Positions 18,139 through 27,660 of a stretch of 64,000 bases of DNA are shown here, one piece after another. The DNA lies in IMG/VR virus record IMGVR_UViG_3300032893_002794, one strand, 5' to 3'. The stretch comes from an uncultured virus (IMG/VR IMGVR_UViG_3300032893_002794). Lineage: Duplodnaviria > Heunggongvirae > Uroviricota > Caudoviricetes. The translations under genes were made by a program, and so were the position numbers. The notes under the pieces were generated by a model. That model ran no database searches, had not been told where the DNA came from, and saw nothing but the letters and a program-made list of their open reading frames with translations. Every line of letters begins with the position of its first letter. Position 1 is the first letter of the stretch.

Positions 18139-18435
18139 TCAGTTCGCGTATGGTTTGGAGGACGACCATACGATGTCGGCCACGTGCTCGGGATGGAGCT
18201 CGATTATGTCGTCCTTCTTGAGGTCGACGATGACGGGCACCTGCAGGACAGTGGCCCGGTAGTGATAGCAGGCGGCCTCGGTGATGAGCACCCACAGTCG
18301 CTCTCTGTCGTCGACTATCACCTTGGCCCAGTCGCCGGGCCGGAGCGACTGGCGCGAGGTGAGGTCGGGTATGACGAACGTCGACGGGCTCTCGCGGTGC
18401 CGGGCCTCGACGTCTGTCAGGTGGTACGAGGGCAT
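18139..18435 (-). CDS. hypothetical protein
   Basis: 98-aa ORF, LRPGDWAKV..ERLWV. Confidence 0.6.
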   Translation of the reverse strand: MPSYHLTDVEARHRESPSTFVIPDLTSRQSLRPGDWAKVIVDDRERLWVLITEAACYHYRATVLQVPVIVDLKKDDIIELHPEHVADIVWSSSKPYAN

Positions 18436-18438
18436 GGA

Positions 18439-18690
18439 CTAGTCAGCATCTTGTGAGGGGGGTCGTGCGCCGCGGAGCACGTCGCGCAGGGAGTCTGCGG
18501 CCTCCTGGCGCAGCAGCAGGGAGGCGACGGACGAGGCGATCTCGCAGGCCGAGCTCGTCATGCACTCGACGATGTCGCAGATGTCCTGCTTGGTGTAGCT
18601 CACGGTGATGGTCTTGGTTAATATCGGTTGGGGGTTTCCACCCCTGGCTGGCTGGTCCGTAGTCGGTTGCTGTCCGTCTCGTGTGCTCAT
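18439..18690 (-). CDS. hypothetical protein
   Basis: ATGA overlap with the upstream gene, GGAAGAGG RBS. Confidence 0.45.
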   Translation of the reverse strand: MSTRDGQQPTTDQPARGGNPQPILTKTITVSYTKQDICDIVECMTSSACEIASSVASLLLRQEAADSLRDVLRGARPPSQDAD

Positions 18691-19928
18691 GGGGTCACCT
18701 CTTCCAGTTCTTTGAGATCTGTGGCGTGCTCGACGACTCTCTGGAGCCGCCTCAATCTCTCGTGGTTTGGGTAGAGCTCGATCAGCCTCTGGCAGCACTC
18801 CTTGGCCTCGGACGAGCGCCCGAGCTCGTGCAGGGCTGCTACGATCAGTATGAGAGACTTCTCCGCGGTCTCGGGGCCGTCGTCGAGCAGGGTGGGGGCC
18901 GAGCGAGTCGCGGTCTCGTAGGATGCCAGGCATCCCGCGAAGTCTAGGTCTCGCAGGCGCGCGCAGGCCAGGCGGAGGGAGGCCTTCTGCCCCGGGTGCT
19001 CGATGACCGCCCTCTCGTGCCACCGCATCGCTTCTCTCAGCTGGCCGACCCTGTCCAGGTGATCGGCCATGATCGAGCAGGCCAGCGACCTCTCGGGAGT
19101 GCACGAGGACACGCGCATGTGGGCGCTCACCAGCGAGGGGATGAACGACTCCATGCTGGCGTGCCTGGCGGTCTTGGCCATGTGGAGGAGGTTCCGCGCG
19201 GGGATGTCCCAGCCCTTGAGGCGAGCGTCGGCGTAGAGCGCCTTCCACAGCTCGCGGCCGGTGACGGAGTCGTCGAGCCTCTCGTCCGAGGTGATCTGCA
19301 GGCAGTCCAAGATCGCGGGTGACTGGCTCGTCACGCGCTCGAAAGCGACCCCCTCAAAAGTGAGTCGAGGGTAGCTGCGACAGAGTCGGCAGAGCAGCTT
19401 CCGGCGACCGTCGGAGTACGAGGTCGTGGTGAGCGCCGACTCGAGGTTGGTTGACGCCAAGAGCTCGCAGGCGGTAGCTATGAGCTCTGGGTTGACGATC
19501 TTCTCGCGGTTCGTGAGGTGGAGCCTCCACTCGGACGTGCAGGCGCTCCAGCCGAGGGAGCGCACGGCTGCCCAGTCGCGAATGAATGGCATCCCTGTGA
19601 AGGGTCCGCAGTACACCTCACCGTCGAGAGGTCCACCTTGGTAGAATGTCTCGGGGATGTCGTCGGCGTAGAGGTGGGGGTGCGACGACGGGCTCACCCC
19701 CGTGCTCCGCCACCTCGCTCGTCTGGACTCGGGGTGCTCTTCGCACCACTTCTCGAAGCAGGTGTCGAGCAGGGAGGTGGAGACGAGGTTGTCCGTGGTG
19801 ATCACGACGATCTCGTCGACGAGGGGTGACAGGTCGCGGATGAGGTAGTTGACGAAGTCGGCAGTCGGCCTCGACGTGAGAGTCACGGCGAGAGAGACTG
19901 TCGGTCTTGGAGCTTTTGAGTCAGACAT
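18687..19928 (-). CDS. degenerate GT2-like domain with C-terminal TPR-like helices
   Basis: TVSLAV..LVDEIVVI..DWAAVRSLG..CTSEW resembles GT2 DFS.ARN.....ATG.WIL.LDADE with the DxD lost; TPR-like C-terminus (ALHELGRSSEAKECCQRLIELYP). Confidence 0.55.
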   Translation of the reverse strand: MSDSKAPRPTVSLAVTLTSRPTADFVNYLIRDLSPLVDEIVVITTDNLVSTSLLDTCFEKWCEEHPESRRARWRSTGVSPSSHPHLYADDIPETFYQGGPLDGEVYCGPFTGMPFIRDWAAVRSLGWSACTSEWRLHLTNREKIVNPELIATACELLASTNLESALTTTSYSDGRRKLLCRLCRSYPRLTFEGVAFERVTSQSPAILDCLQITSDERLDDSVTGRELWKALYADARLKGWDIPARNLLHMAKTARHASMESFIPSLVSAHMRVSSCTPERSLACSIMADHLDRVGQLREAMRWHERAVIEHPGQKASLRLACARLRDLDFAGCLASYETATRSAPTLLDDGPETAEKSLILIVAALHELGRSSEAKECCQRLIELYPNHERLRRLQRVVEHATDLKELEEVTP

Positions 19929-20098
19929 GTTTTTATGGTTTCTTGTCGCGCCTGTTTGGGACTATTGGGACTTGAGTAGGATGAGGCAGGTGCCAGCTGA
20001 TGTTGGCGCTGCTGTTGGGTTCAATGGGTGCGCAGAGGTCGTAGCAGGTCTTCTCGCTCGTCACGGCTACCTCGTGTTTTTCGGGTGAAATGTCCATG

Positions 20099-20455
20099 TC
20101 ATCCTCGGAAGGGTCTGGAGTACGCCCTCACTCCGGCAGCCCTGAGCATCTTGACCATCTTCTCTCTCATGGAGGTGTTGTGGGAGTGCACGTAGACCTT
20201 GAGGGGCCTGCGCCGCTCGGACATGTCGCGCGCGATGTGAACGGCCACGTCCATGCCGGTGCCTGACGTAGGACCTGAATGATTCAGGTCGTGGTCTAAG
20301 TAGGCCACGTCGTAGCGGGGGTTGTGCTCGAGGGATGCTATGGCGCCGCGGGCTGTCATGGCGAGGGTCAGTGAGTGGTCGTCGAGCATGGCCATGAATT
20401 TTTTCAGCCTGTCTTCGTCGTCGTCGAGCACCAGCGCGGTTGGAGTTTTGCTCAT
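20099..20455 (-). CDS. stand-alone receiver-like protein (cyclic-phosphate-processing receiver family)
   Basis: LVLDDD..R, YLDHDL, TGMDVA, VHSHN; ATGA overlap start. Confidence 0.7.
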   Translation of the reverse strand: MSKTPTALVLDDDEDRLKKFMAMLDDHSLTLAMTARGAIASLEHNPRYDVAYLDHDLNHSGPTSGTGMDVAVHIARDMSERRRPLKVYVHSHNTSMREKMVKMLRAAGVRAYSRPFRG

Positions 20456-21048
20456 GGTGATCTCCTCAGGTCGGACGTCAGGGCGATCCAGTCGATCTTG
20501 CTGCACTTGTTCTGGAGTTTCGCGGGTATGCCGTGCTTCTCCTGCTGCTCGACGAGCGGGCGGGTGGCAGCTAAGATCTCCTGCGCGGTCGCTGCTCGCT
20601 GGGAGAAGATCAACTTCAGGCACCGGTGCAGGATGGGGGCCTGGAAGTCCCTGAGGTTGCCGTCGTAGGACATCTCGCTGTACTGCTCGGCGGAGATCTC
20701 GAGTGTGGGCACGTCCTCGCGGTCTCTAGTGGGCTCGCTGCTGACCACGGCTTTTCGCACTCCGTTCTCGGTCCAGTAGGTCACGTGGTGGGGGTGGGAG
20801 TTCGTGGGGACGGTGTACGACGTGCGAGATCCTGAAGTCGTGGCGGTGCGGAGCAGTTGGATGGCGCGCTTGATCTGTATCGTGATCTCTTTTTGTCGTC
20901 CCGACAGGCAGTGGTGGCAGTCCCTGTGCCACGGGACCGGCATGGCAGCCCTGCGGGGGTCGTAGGCGACCCCGGCAGGGATCCCCGAGGCGGAGAGGAG
21001 GACGATCTCGTATCCGCTCGGGTGATCTGTGTAGATGACGGGTGTCAC
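20452..21048 (-). CDS. hypothetical protein
   Basis: GTGA overlap start, CHHC motif. Confidence 0.5.
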   Translation of the reverse strand: MTPVIYTDHPSGYEIVLLSASGIPAGVAYDPRRAAMPVPWHRDCHHCLSGRQKEITIQIKRAIQLLRTATTSGSRTSYTVPTNSHPHHVTYWTENGVRKAVVSSEPTRDREDVPTLEISAEQYSEMSYDGNLRDFQAPILHRCLKLIFSQRAATAQEILAATRPLVEQQEKHGIPAKLQNKCSKIDWIALTSDLRRSP

Positions 21049-21332
21049 GGTTGGGTGATGCAGTGGACGGACTTGCAGGCTCGGGCCTCTTCCTGAGAGG
21101 TGGCCTTGGCGAGGCAGTCGGGGTGGAAGTCGGTGATCTTGTCGCCCATGCCAGCTTCGCAGTCGGTCTTGCAGTCCTTGTGCAAACCCTCGGGGCATCC
21201 GATCTGGGCCAAGTTCGTGCAGGCCTTCTCGCAGGCCGTGGGCTCGGGCGTCGGGGCGGGGCCCGGGGGAGAGGTGTGGACGCAGGCGCACGGTGCGAGC
21301 ACCAAGATGAAGGTGGCGAGCAGTTTTCTCAT
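21045..21332 (-). CDS. Cys-rich putative lipoprotein/secreted protein
   Basis: MRKLLATFILVLAPCAC signal-like N-terminus, Pro linker, 8 further Cys. Confidence 0.7.
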   Translation of the reverse strand: MRKLLATFILVLAPCACVHTSPPGPAPTPEPTACEKACTNLAQIGCPEGLHKDCKTDCEAGMGDKITDFHPDCLAKATSQEEARACKSVHCITQP

Positions 21333-22192
21333 GGCTTGTTCTCCAGGTTGGCGACGAGGGATCCGAAGCACCCGCGCCGGACGAATTCAGACGTGACCCA
21401 GGCGCGGCCGCTGGGGGTCCAGAGCCCAGTGCCCCAGGAGTTCTGCAGGAGGAAGAGGACGCTCTTGTCGTCCTGCACTTGGTAGTCGAGAATGCACACG
21501 AAGTGGTCAGGGTCGTCGCCGCAGTAGTCGAGGGGATCACCACCTCGGTAGGACTGGAACTTGTCGCAGCCGGCGTCGACTGCGGCGCTGATGGCGTGGC
21601 CGCTCGCGAGAGCTGCCTGGTACAAGGTTATCTTGTTGTGGTCGTCATCCACAATGCTGTTGAAGCTTATGACTATCTGGTCGCGGCCGTGCTCGACCTC
21701 GTCGAGCGTCAGCTCGTCGTTGATGTGTGCTGCGAGGTAGTCGCTGTAGTCAGGAGAATCTGCCGTGCGATCACCGTCGTCCTCGCTCTCGAGGACGATC
21801 CCCCACTTGCTCAGGGCTGATGCTCCGGCCGCGGGCGAGGCGCCCGAGTCGACGAGGGGCGTGGACGGGTCAGATCGGGAGACTGACCGGCTGAGCGTGT
21901 AGATGGGTCTTGGCTCGGCAGGGCTCGGCAGGGGTCTTCCCAGGTTGGCGAGCGTGGTGGTGATCTGGCAAGCGAAGCCGTGGCCGACGCAGGAGCTGGT
22001 GCCGCCCTGGTTCCAGACGGCCGGAGCTCGGGTGACGTTGTTGGTCGTTGGGGGCAGGGGAGATCCCGAAGAGATCAGGACGTAGGACGGGTGATCTTCG
22101 ATCGCTCGAAAAGTTGTCCCGGGAGGGTTGGGCAGGAGGCCGAAGCCATATACCGGGTGTCCGATCGAGTTGCGGAACTGCTTCTTCTTCAC
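21329..22192 (-). CDS. papain-like C1A cysteine peptidase
   Basis: WNQGGTSSCVG (Q..C), DHFV (His), LQNSWG (Asn). Confidence 0.85.
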   Translation of the reverse strand: MKKKQFRNSIGHPVYGFGLLPNPPGTTFRAIEDHPSYVLISSGSPLPPTTNNVTRAPAVWNQGGTSSCVGHGFACQITTTLANLGRPLPSPAEPRPIYTLSRSVSRSDPSTPLVDSGASPAAGASALSKWGIVLESEDDGDRTADSPDYSDYLAAHINDELTLDEVEHGRDQIVISFNSIVDDDHNKITLYQAALASGHAISAAVDAGCDKFQSYRGGDPLDYCGDDPDHFVCILDYQVQDDKSVLFLLQNSWGTGLWTPSGRAWVTSEFVRRGCFGSLVANLENKP

Positions 22193-22704
22193 GGGGACAC
22201 CTCGCCAGGTTGAGAGGCTCGAGCAGCTCGCGCGCTTGAGAGTCGCGCTCTCATGGTCTGGCCGGTCAGCACGTCGAGGCTGGCGCCGAGCCCGAGCGTT
22301 ATCGCCTTTCCTATCGACCCGTCCATGAAGGAGAATTTCGCACCGACCTCGAAGTACTTGGCGATTACCAGGGTCGGTATGATCGCGAAGTAGCTGGGCT
22401 TCGACTGCGACCACTGTCCGGCAGCGTGCACTGCGAGTCCGGATGCCCAGGCTTCTGTCGAGTAGAACAAGAGCGCGTAGCCGACTCCGATTGTGGTGAT
22501 TCCCGCGTCCCACTTCTTGGCGCCGAGGTCGTAGTTGACGGTGTTCACGTTGAAGTCAGGCATCACGCAGTGGGTGGTCTGACCGATGCAGAAGGATATC
22601 GGCGGGGCGACCATGTTCGGGATGATGTCCTGGGCGACGCAGGTGCGCGGGGTGCTCACTGAGAGGAGGGTGAGGGCCACTATGAGAGCGAGTATGGTCT
22701 TCAT
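22189..22704 (-). CDS. secreted/membrane beta-rich protein
   Basis: MKTILALIVALTLLS signal peptide; alternating-hydrophobic strands. Confidence 0.65.
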   Translation of the reverse strand: MKTILALIVALTLLSVSTPRTCVAQDIIPNMVAPPISFCIGQTTHCVMPDFNVNTVNYDLGAKKWDAGITTIGVGYALLFYSTEAWASGLAVHAAGQWSQSKPSYFAIIPTLVIAKYFEVGAKFSFMDGSIGKAITLGLGASLDVLTGQTMRARLSSARAARASQPGEVSP

Positions 22705-22747
22705 TTTTTCTCCAGTTCTTGTTTGCAGAGTCGATTCTGGTCAGTTT

Positions 22748-22942
22748 TTAATGACCAACACAGTCAGCGCCTTGTTCTTGTAACCATTGAGTCACGATAT
22801 AGTGAAACGCGCGGTGTATGTCCGATACAGAAGCCGGATGTTCGGGGTCGGCGCGAATGATGTTCTTGTGCTTAAAGGCAGTGAGCTCTAGTTTGTCGAG
22901 CAGTGCCCTAGCATCTGAGTCGCTTATGATTATTGCTCTCAT
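22748..22942 (-). CDS. hypothetical protein
   Basis: ATGA overlap start, 64 aa. Confidence 0.55.
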   Translation of the reverse strand: MRAIIISDSDARALLDKLELTAFKHKNIIRADPEHPASVSDIHRAFHYIVTQWLQEQGADCVGH

Positions 22943-23727
22943 TTGTTTTCGTTTCCTGAGGTGAGGACGGGAGAGCCGAGCAGGGCGGCTCTGAATGTCT
23001 GCGGGATCTTGGTGAGGTTCTTGACGGTCAGCTCTACTTGCGTGTGTTGTAAGATCGGCAGGCCTCGCGTCAGGTCGACGCGACCGTCTCGGATGAGGCT
23101 CTCTGCCGAGAGCTGCGAGGCGGGTACGCCGTGTGGGGAGACGTCGTCGAGGTATCTCTCGGTCGAGAGTGACGAGACTTCGAAGCACTGGAGCATATCG
23201 GGAGGTACGTAGAGACAGAAGTCGGGCGCCATCGGCAGTTGGGGACAAGATGTGAGGAGAGCGACGCTCTCGGGGGTAATGATCGTACTGACGAAAGGCA
23301 GCACGACCTTGAGGGACTCGTTCTTGGGAGGGGGTTGACGGCGGACTAGCACTTGGCCCCTGAAGGTGATCTCTTCGTCGCTGGTGTTCAGCACGCCCAA
23401 GGTGATGCGCATATTTGGCAGCAGGGGGTCGAGGTGGAGTAGCATCGGGTCGGCCGAGCGCTCGAACAGCGTGCCGGGCAGGTTGCCTGTGCTGTAGATT
23501 TGGCTGTTGGCACCGATCTTGATGTCCCAGACGGTGAGGTGTCTTGCGATTTCAGGGTCGATGGACAGTCCGACCGGGTAGATCGGGCCCCTTGGGCTCG
23601 TGCGGCTGGAGGTGATGGTCGTGTTCTCATGTGCCAAGATCTTCACGGACGGCAGCTCGCACTCGATGGTCTCGTCAGCTGTGGTCGTGTTGGCTGTCAG
23701 CGACGATAGGTAATTGTCATTGGTCAT
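22939..23727 (-). CDS. protein of two tandem beta-sandwich (possibly jelly-roll) domains
   Basis: Two collinear halves ending ITLGVLNTSDEEITFRGQVLV and VELTVKNLTKIPQTFRAALLG. Confidence 0.5.
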   Translation of the reverse strand: MTNDNYLSSLTANTTTADETIECELPSVKILAHENTTITSSRTSPRGPIYPVGLSIDPEIARHLTVWDIKIGANSQIYSTGNLPGTLFERSADPMLLHLDPLLPNMRITLGVLNTSDEEITFRGQVLVRRQPPPKNESLKVVLPFVSTIITPESVALLTSCPQLPMAPDFCLYVPPDMLQCFEVSSLSTERYLDDVSPHGVPASQLSAESLIRDGRVDLTRGLPILQHTQVELTVKNLTKIPQTFRAALLGSPVLTSGNENK

Positions 23728-23935
23728 GTTGCGACTCTAGGTGAGGGAATATGAAGTTGGATTTCAGGGCGTTTTCGAGCTCCTCGAGCTCCGTGGGCGT
23801 GGCTTTCGAGATCGCGTCTTTGGCCCACTTTTCTAGGGAGGCGGGAACTATGACCGACAGCTCACCGTTACTAGATCGGGAGACGCCACCAGATCTGGCC
23901 GCATTGATCAAGATCTCCATGTCGTGGGAGATCAT
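23717..23935 (-). CDS. hypothetical protein
   Basis: ATGA overlap. Confidence 0.5.
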   Translation of the reverse strand: MISHDMEILINAARSGGVSRSSNGELSVIVPASLEKWAKDAISKATPTELEELENALKSNFIFPHLESQHDQ

Positions 23936-24189
23936 GGTCCGATCTCGTCCATGGCCAAGACCCACAGCACTGCCGCCTCGGGGTTGACCGCGAGGGTCCT
24001 CTCGTAGAGGTCCAGCTGCTCGGGCGAGAGCAGCTCGAGGACGTGGGCGTAAGCCTCGGGCGAGACGCCGAAGTGCCGGAAGAAGGACTCCTTGTCGGTT
24101 ATCCAGGTGGCTTGTAGCTCTGCGGGTGTGAAGATCTTTGCGGCTTCTCCGATGCCCTGAGCGGTCCTTAGCACACTTAGGAGGTCCAC
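23932..24189 (-). CDS. hypothetical protein
   Basis: AGGAG RBS, 85 aa. Confidence 0.6.
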   Translation of the reverse strand: MDLLSVLRTAQGIGEAAKIFTPAELQATWITDKESFFRHFGVSPEAYAHVLELLSPEQLDLYERTLAVNPEAAVLWVLAMDEIGP

Positions 24190-24198
24190 ATAGATCTC

Positions 24199-24900
24199 CT
24201 AGGCGGCAGGGACGTCCGGAGAGTCTGTCGCGGGGGGTGGCAGCGGTTCATCGTTCGACCGCGCGGCGAGCGCTGCCGCCAGGTCGGGGGGCATGGACCC
24301 TCCCCTCGGCAGGACGACCTGCGCGTATCCCTCGGGGGCGGGGGGAGGCACGGCCGGGACGTCGGAGGCGATCTCGAGGGTGACCGGAGCTCCGGGAGGC
24401 AGCCTCGACTGCGTGCCGCCCGGGGTGGTCACCATCGTGCCATTGGGAGTGATGATGACGTTGGTCACACCAGGCGTGATGGGGACGTCGGCCATGGGGC
24501 TCGGCGAGGCGACGGTGGGAGGAGCAGGTGGGGCCACGGGGGGCGGGAGGTAGGGTAGCGCGATCGGCATGCTCGTGGTTGCCGGCGGCGGAGCTGGTCG
24601 CGCCGGTGCGAGCTGAGGGGCTACGAGCACGGGAGCGCACACGTGGTCTTTAGGTCGGGCAGGTGGCGCAGGGGGTGGTGGCGCGGCGGGAGCCGCGACC
24701 CTCTGGGGAGGCTGAAGCGCGGTTGCGCCGCAGCGCTGGTAGTAGTCGTGGATGACGTGGTGGAGGATGTAGGTCACGTGCTGGCAGAGCTTGCCCGCAG
24801 CGAACATCATGGAGAGGGGATTTGAAGCGTGCTCGATCTCGTACTGCAGGGCGGGCATCTCGTTGGCGATTCTGACTAGGTCGGAGATGTACTGGCTCAT
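24199..24900 (-). CDS. proline-rich hypothetical protein
   Basis: 233 aa, ATGA overlap. Confidence 0.6.
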   Translation of the reverse strand: MSQYISDLVRIANEMPALQYEIEHASNPLSMMFAAGKLCQHVTYILHHVIHDYYQRCGATALQPPQRVAAPAAPPPPAPPARPKDHVCAPVLVAPQLAPARPAPPPATTSMPIALPYLPPPVAPPAPPTVASPSPMADVPITPGVTNVIITPNGTMVTTPGGTQSRLPPGAPVTLEIASDVPAVPPPAPEGYAQVVLPRGGSMPPDLAAALAARSNDEPLPPPATDSPDVPAA

Positions 24901-26039
24901 TGCTTTTCTCCTGGCGGCTTGTCTTTGGAAGGGCGGAGCATGTCTGCGAATCGTCCATGGAAGGCGGCAGCGTCGGCTTCGAGCTTTAGGATGGCAGGAT
25001 CTCTCGACGGTCCGCGCGTGAGCTCCATGCGCTCGGTGAGCTTCATGGTTCCAGGCAGCGGGGTGCTGGCGACGTCGACGATCTTTTCGCTCGGAGGGCT
25101 CTCTCGGGGAGGGGATGTCTGGACTACCTCGGCAGAGACGGGCAGATTTTTTCGCCTGAGGTTCGCTGCTAGGGTGTTCTCACTCGACAGCACCTTGCTC
25201 TTCTGCTTCTCGTAGTCCTCCAAGATCTCCGCGAGGACGATCAGCTGAGTGGGGTCGAGCAGGGATTTCAGCTGCTCCTGCTGCTCGGGGGACAGACCCT
25301 CGAGCAGTCCGGATATGAGCATGAAGGACTTGTTCGGCTCCGGCAGGACGGGCTTGCCGGCTATGCGGTTCACGATCACGGGCAGGAGGGTCTCGACCTT
25401 GGAGAGCGCGGACTCCTTCATAGCTATGTTGGCCTCCTCCGAGCGCTCGTGCAGTCGGCGGGAGTGCGAGCGGTCCATCAGGTCCTGGAGCAAGATCATG
25501 AAGTCGACCTGCTGAGCGGAGAACTTCTCGTTCATGGCGGCCAGGCGAGCGTTCTCGTTCTGCATGGTCGTGACTATCATGTTGTTCGTGATGGTCGTCG
25601 TGCGCATGACGGCCTCGAGGTGGCGCATCGTCTGGGCGACGAGTCCCTTCTCGTTGGCCGGCTCGGAGGGGACGGTGTCGCGCTCGATCTCGATGTCGGA
25701 GGGGGTCACGCGGAACACCTTCCGCGGCACGTAGTTCGTGTCTGACGGGAAGTAGGCGTAGATGGCGTACTGCTGCAGGCCTGCGGACAGGTCGTCGCAG
25801 TCCTTCTGGGCAGCGTCAGCGATCTGGAGCAGCAGCGGGTCGATCTCGGTCTCGGCCCCTTCTTCGAGCTTGACGGCGAAGGTGCGGACGTCCCCCTGGG
25901 GCTTCTTGTCGACAGAGAGGTGGGTGAGCCTCACCTTGTTGCACTTGCCGTGCAGCAGGGCGTCGGGGAAGGCGACGGTCGATCGGACCCACGGCTCGAT
26001 CTGCTTGATGATTAGGCCGTGGTCATCTTTGACGTCCAT
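24897..26039 (-). CDS. hypothetical protein (coiled-coil middle region)
   Basis: 380-aa ORF heading an operon-like run; TTGACA on the minus strand near 26073-26078. Confidence 0.7.
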   Translation of the reverse strand: MDVKDDHGLIIKQIEPWVRSTVAFPDALLHGKCNKVRLTHLSVDKKPQGDVRTFAVKLEEGAETEIDPLLLQIADAAQKDCDDLSAGLQQYAIYAYFPSDTNYVPRKVFRVTPSDIEIERDTVPSEPANEKGLVAQTMRHLEAVMRTTTITNNMIVTTMQNENARLAAMNEKFSAQQVDFMILLQDLMDRSHSRRLHERSEEANIAMKESALSKVETLLPVIVNRIAGKPVLPEPNKSFMLISGLLEGLSPEQQEQLKSLLDPTQLIVLAEILEDYEKQKSKVLSSENTLAANLRRKNLPVSAEVVQTSPPRESPPSEKIVDVASTPLPGTMKLTERMELTRGPSRDPAILKLEADAAAFHGRFADMLRPSKDKPPGEKQ

Positions 26040-26201
26040 CGAGGGAGGACGTTACTGCGATTGATGCAGGACTGTCAACGGCTACTCTGAGTGGGTACGT
26101 AAGCTGTCTTTTTCTTTCAGCTTACTAGCGGTGCGGAACCACCCGTCCCGCAGGCCGAGGAGGATGTCGTGGAAGTTGGCATGCCTATCCGGTTGACACC
26201 C

Positions 26202-26954
26202 CTAACGGCTGTATCCGGAGATTGGGGCTCGGTCAGAAGCGTTACCCAATCCCATGGCATAGATAGGGCCGCTCCAAACCAGCCTGGCTTTTTTGAGTGC
26301 AGCTTTTGCGTTTTTTGCTGTGATATCAGCAAGAAATGCGCCCTGTGGATTGGAAATTCGATACGTATTCTTGTAGGTCTTAGCTGGCATTTGTCTTACC
26401 TTTCTTTTCTCATCGAATTGGTGGAGTGTGTGAACCGGATAAGCAGGGAAGTTGGTCTTCACCATGTACGCGTGGGCCTCGTCGACGGTGAGGTCGGAGA
26501 GGAGCACGAGGCCAGCCAGGGCGCCAGTGCGGTCGTTGCCGTTCTTGCAGTGGAAGGCCACCACGACGTCGAGGTGATCGCGGATGAACTGAGCGGCTTT
26601 GGCCAGTGACCGCCACTGCTCCGCATCGGGACCCGCGAGCTCGTCGACGTAGTCGTCGAGTGTGTGAGGCCTTGTCGACGGTGGTATCGGTAGGTACGCG
26701 ACTTCGATGCCATATTTGGGGGCCCACCTGTCGGCGTCTCCCTCGTCCCAGCTGTCGAGCTTGTAGATCTTCTTGACGTGCAGGACTTCAGCGAGGTACC
26801 GCACCGAGGCCTCGTCGGGGGGCTGTCCCATGCGGTAGGCGTTAGGGTGCTCCCTCACCTGCAGGAGGTGCGGGATCCCGTGCGTGAGCACCGGGGCGCG
26901 GGCGCACGAGCAGGTGAGACAGCAGAGCGCTGCTGCCAGCCGCTTGTCGAGCAT
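26202..26954 (-). CDS. tyrosine/dual-specificity phosphatase with signal peptide; the last 62 aa (MPAKTY...) may be a separate in-frame gene
   Basis: HCKNGNDRTG P-loop (HCxxGxxR); YRMGQP; N-terminal hydrophobic+Cys segment. Confidence 0.8.
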   Translation of the reverse strand: MLDKRLAAALCCLTCSCARAPVLTHGIPHLLQVREHPNAYRMGQPPDEASVRYLAEVLHVKKIYKLDSWDEGDADRWAPKYGIEVAYLPIPPSTRPHTLDDYVDELAGPDAEQWRSLAKAAQFIRDHLDVVVAFHCKNGNDRTGALAGLVLLSDLTVDEAHAYMVKTNFPAYPVHTLHQFDEKRKVRQMPAKTYKNTYRISNPQGAFLADITAKNAKAALKKARLVWSGPIYAMGLGNASDRAPISGYSR

Positions 26955-26973
26955 GGTGTGGAGCCCGGCGCGG

Positions 26974-27180
26974 CTAGCGACGGGGCTTGCGGCCTGTCAG
27001 CTTGCCGAGGTGGCGGCCGACCCGGTTGCGCTCGCGCTTGACGGCGACGTAGTCGCGGTGGATCGCGGAGGTCTTGGGCTTGCCCATGGCCTTATCGCCG
27101 ATCTTGTGGTAGGCGCGGTCGAGCTCGTCGTACTCGCGCCTCGCCTTCTTGATGAGGGTCTGCTTGGACTGTCGGGGCAT
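26974..27180 (-). CDS. small basic protein
   Basis: 68 aa, K/R-rich, AGGAG RBS. Confidence 0.6.
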   Translation of the reverse strand: MPRQSKQTLIKKARREYDELDRAYHKIGDKAMGKPKTSAIHRDYVAVKRERNRVGRHLGKLTGRKPRR

Positions 27181-27243
27181 CTCGTCGTCTCCTAGTTGGG
27201 GTGGGCGTATGGGGGTGATCTTAGTGTTTTATTGGCGAGGGAT

Positions 27244-27648
27244 TCAGTCGTCGTGCAGGTCTTCACCGTTAGCCTGTCCAGGAGGCACGGTCCTCACCAG
27301 CACGTCCTCAGGGTCGTAGTGCATGCCGTGGTACCTCATCCAGTTGGCAGCGTCGGCGTTGGCGGCTTTCACCGAGGGGGCTAGGAAGCAGAAGCGTTCC
27401 TGCCAGATTGGTTTTGAATGGTCAGCTGACGCTTGAGTGATGAGGAGGTAGATGCTCTTGCCGCCGACGTTGGCAGGGGCTGAGAGTGATCCTGGGCACC
27501 GTCCGCGGAGGTCAATTGAGCCGTGCTCGGCGATCTGTCCGCGGGCGTTCAGGAAGACGTTCGGGTGGTTGCAGGCTGAGCACATGCCGTAGCCGTGAGG
27601 GGCTTTTCGGCTCGGGGAGACGATGGTTCCGTACTTGTCTTTTTTCAT
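27244..27648 (-). CDS. hypothetical protein with Cys/His motif
   Basis: CSAC..H..CPGS. Confidence 0.6.
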   Translation of the reverse strand: MKKDKYGTIVSPSRKAPHGYGMCSACNHPNVFLNARGQIAEHGSIDLRGRCPGSLSAPANVGGKSIYLLITQASADHSKPIWQERFCFLAPSVKAANADAANWMRYHGMHYDPEDVLVRTVPPGQANGEDLHDD

Positions 27649-27660
27649 TTGCTCGAGTCC

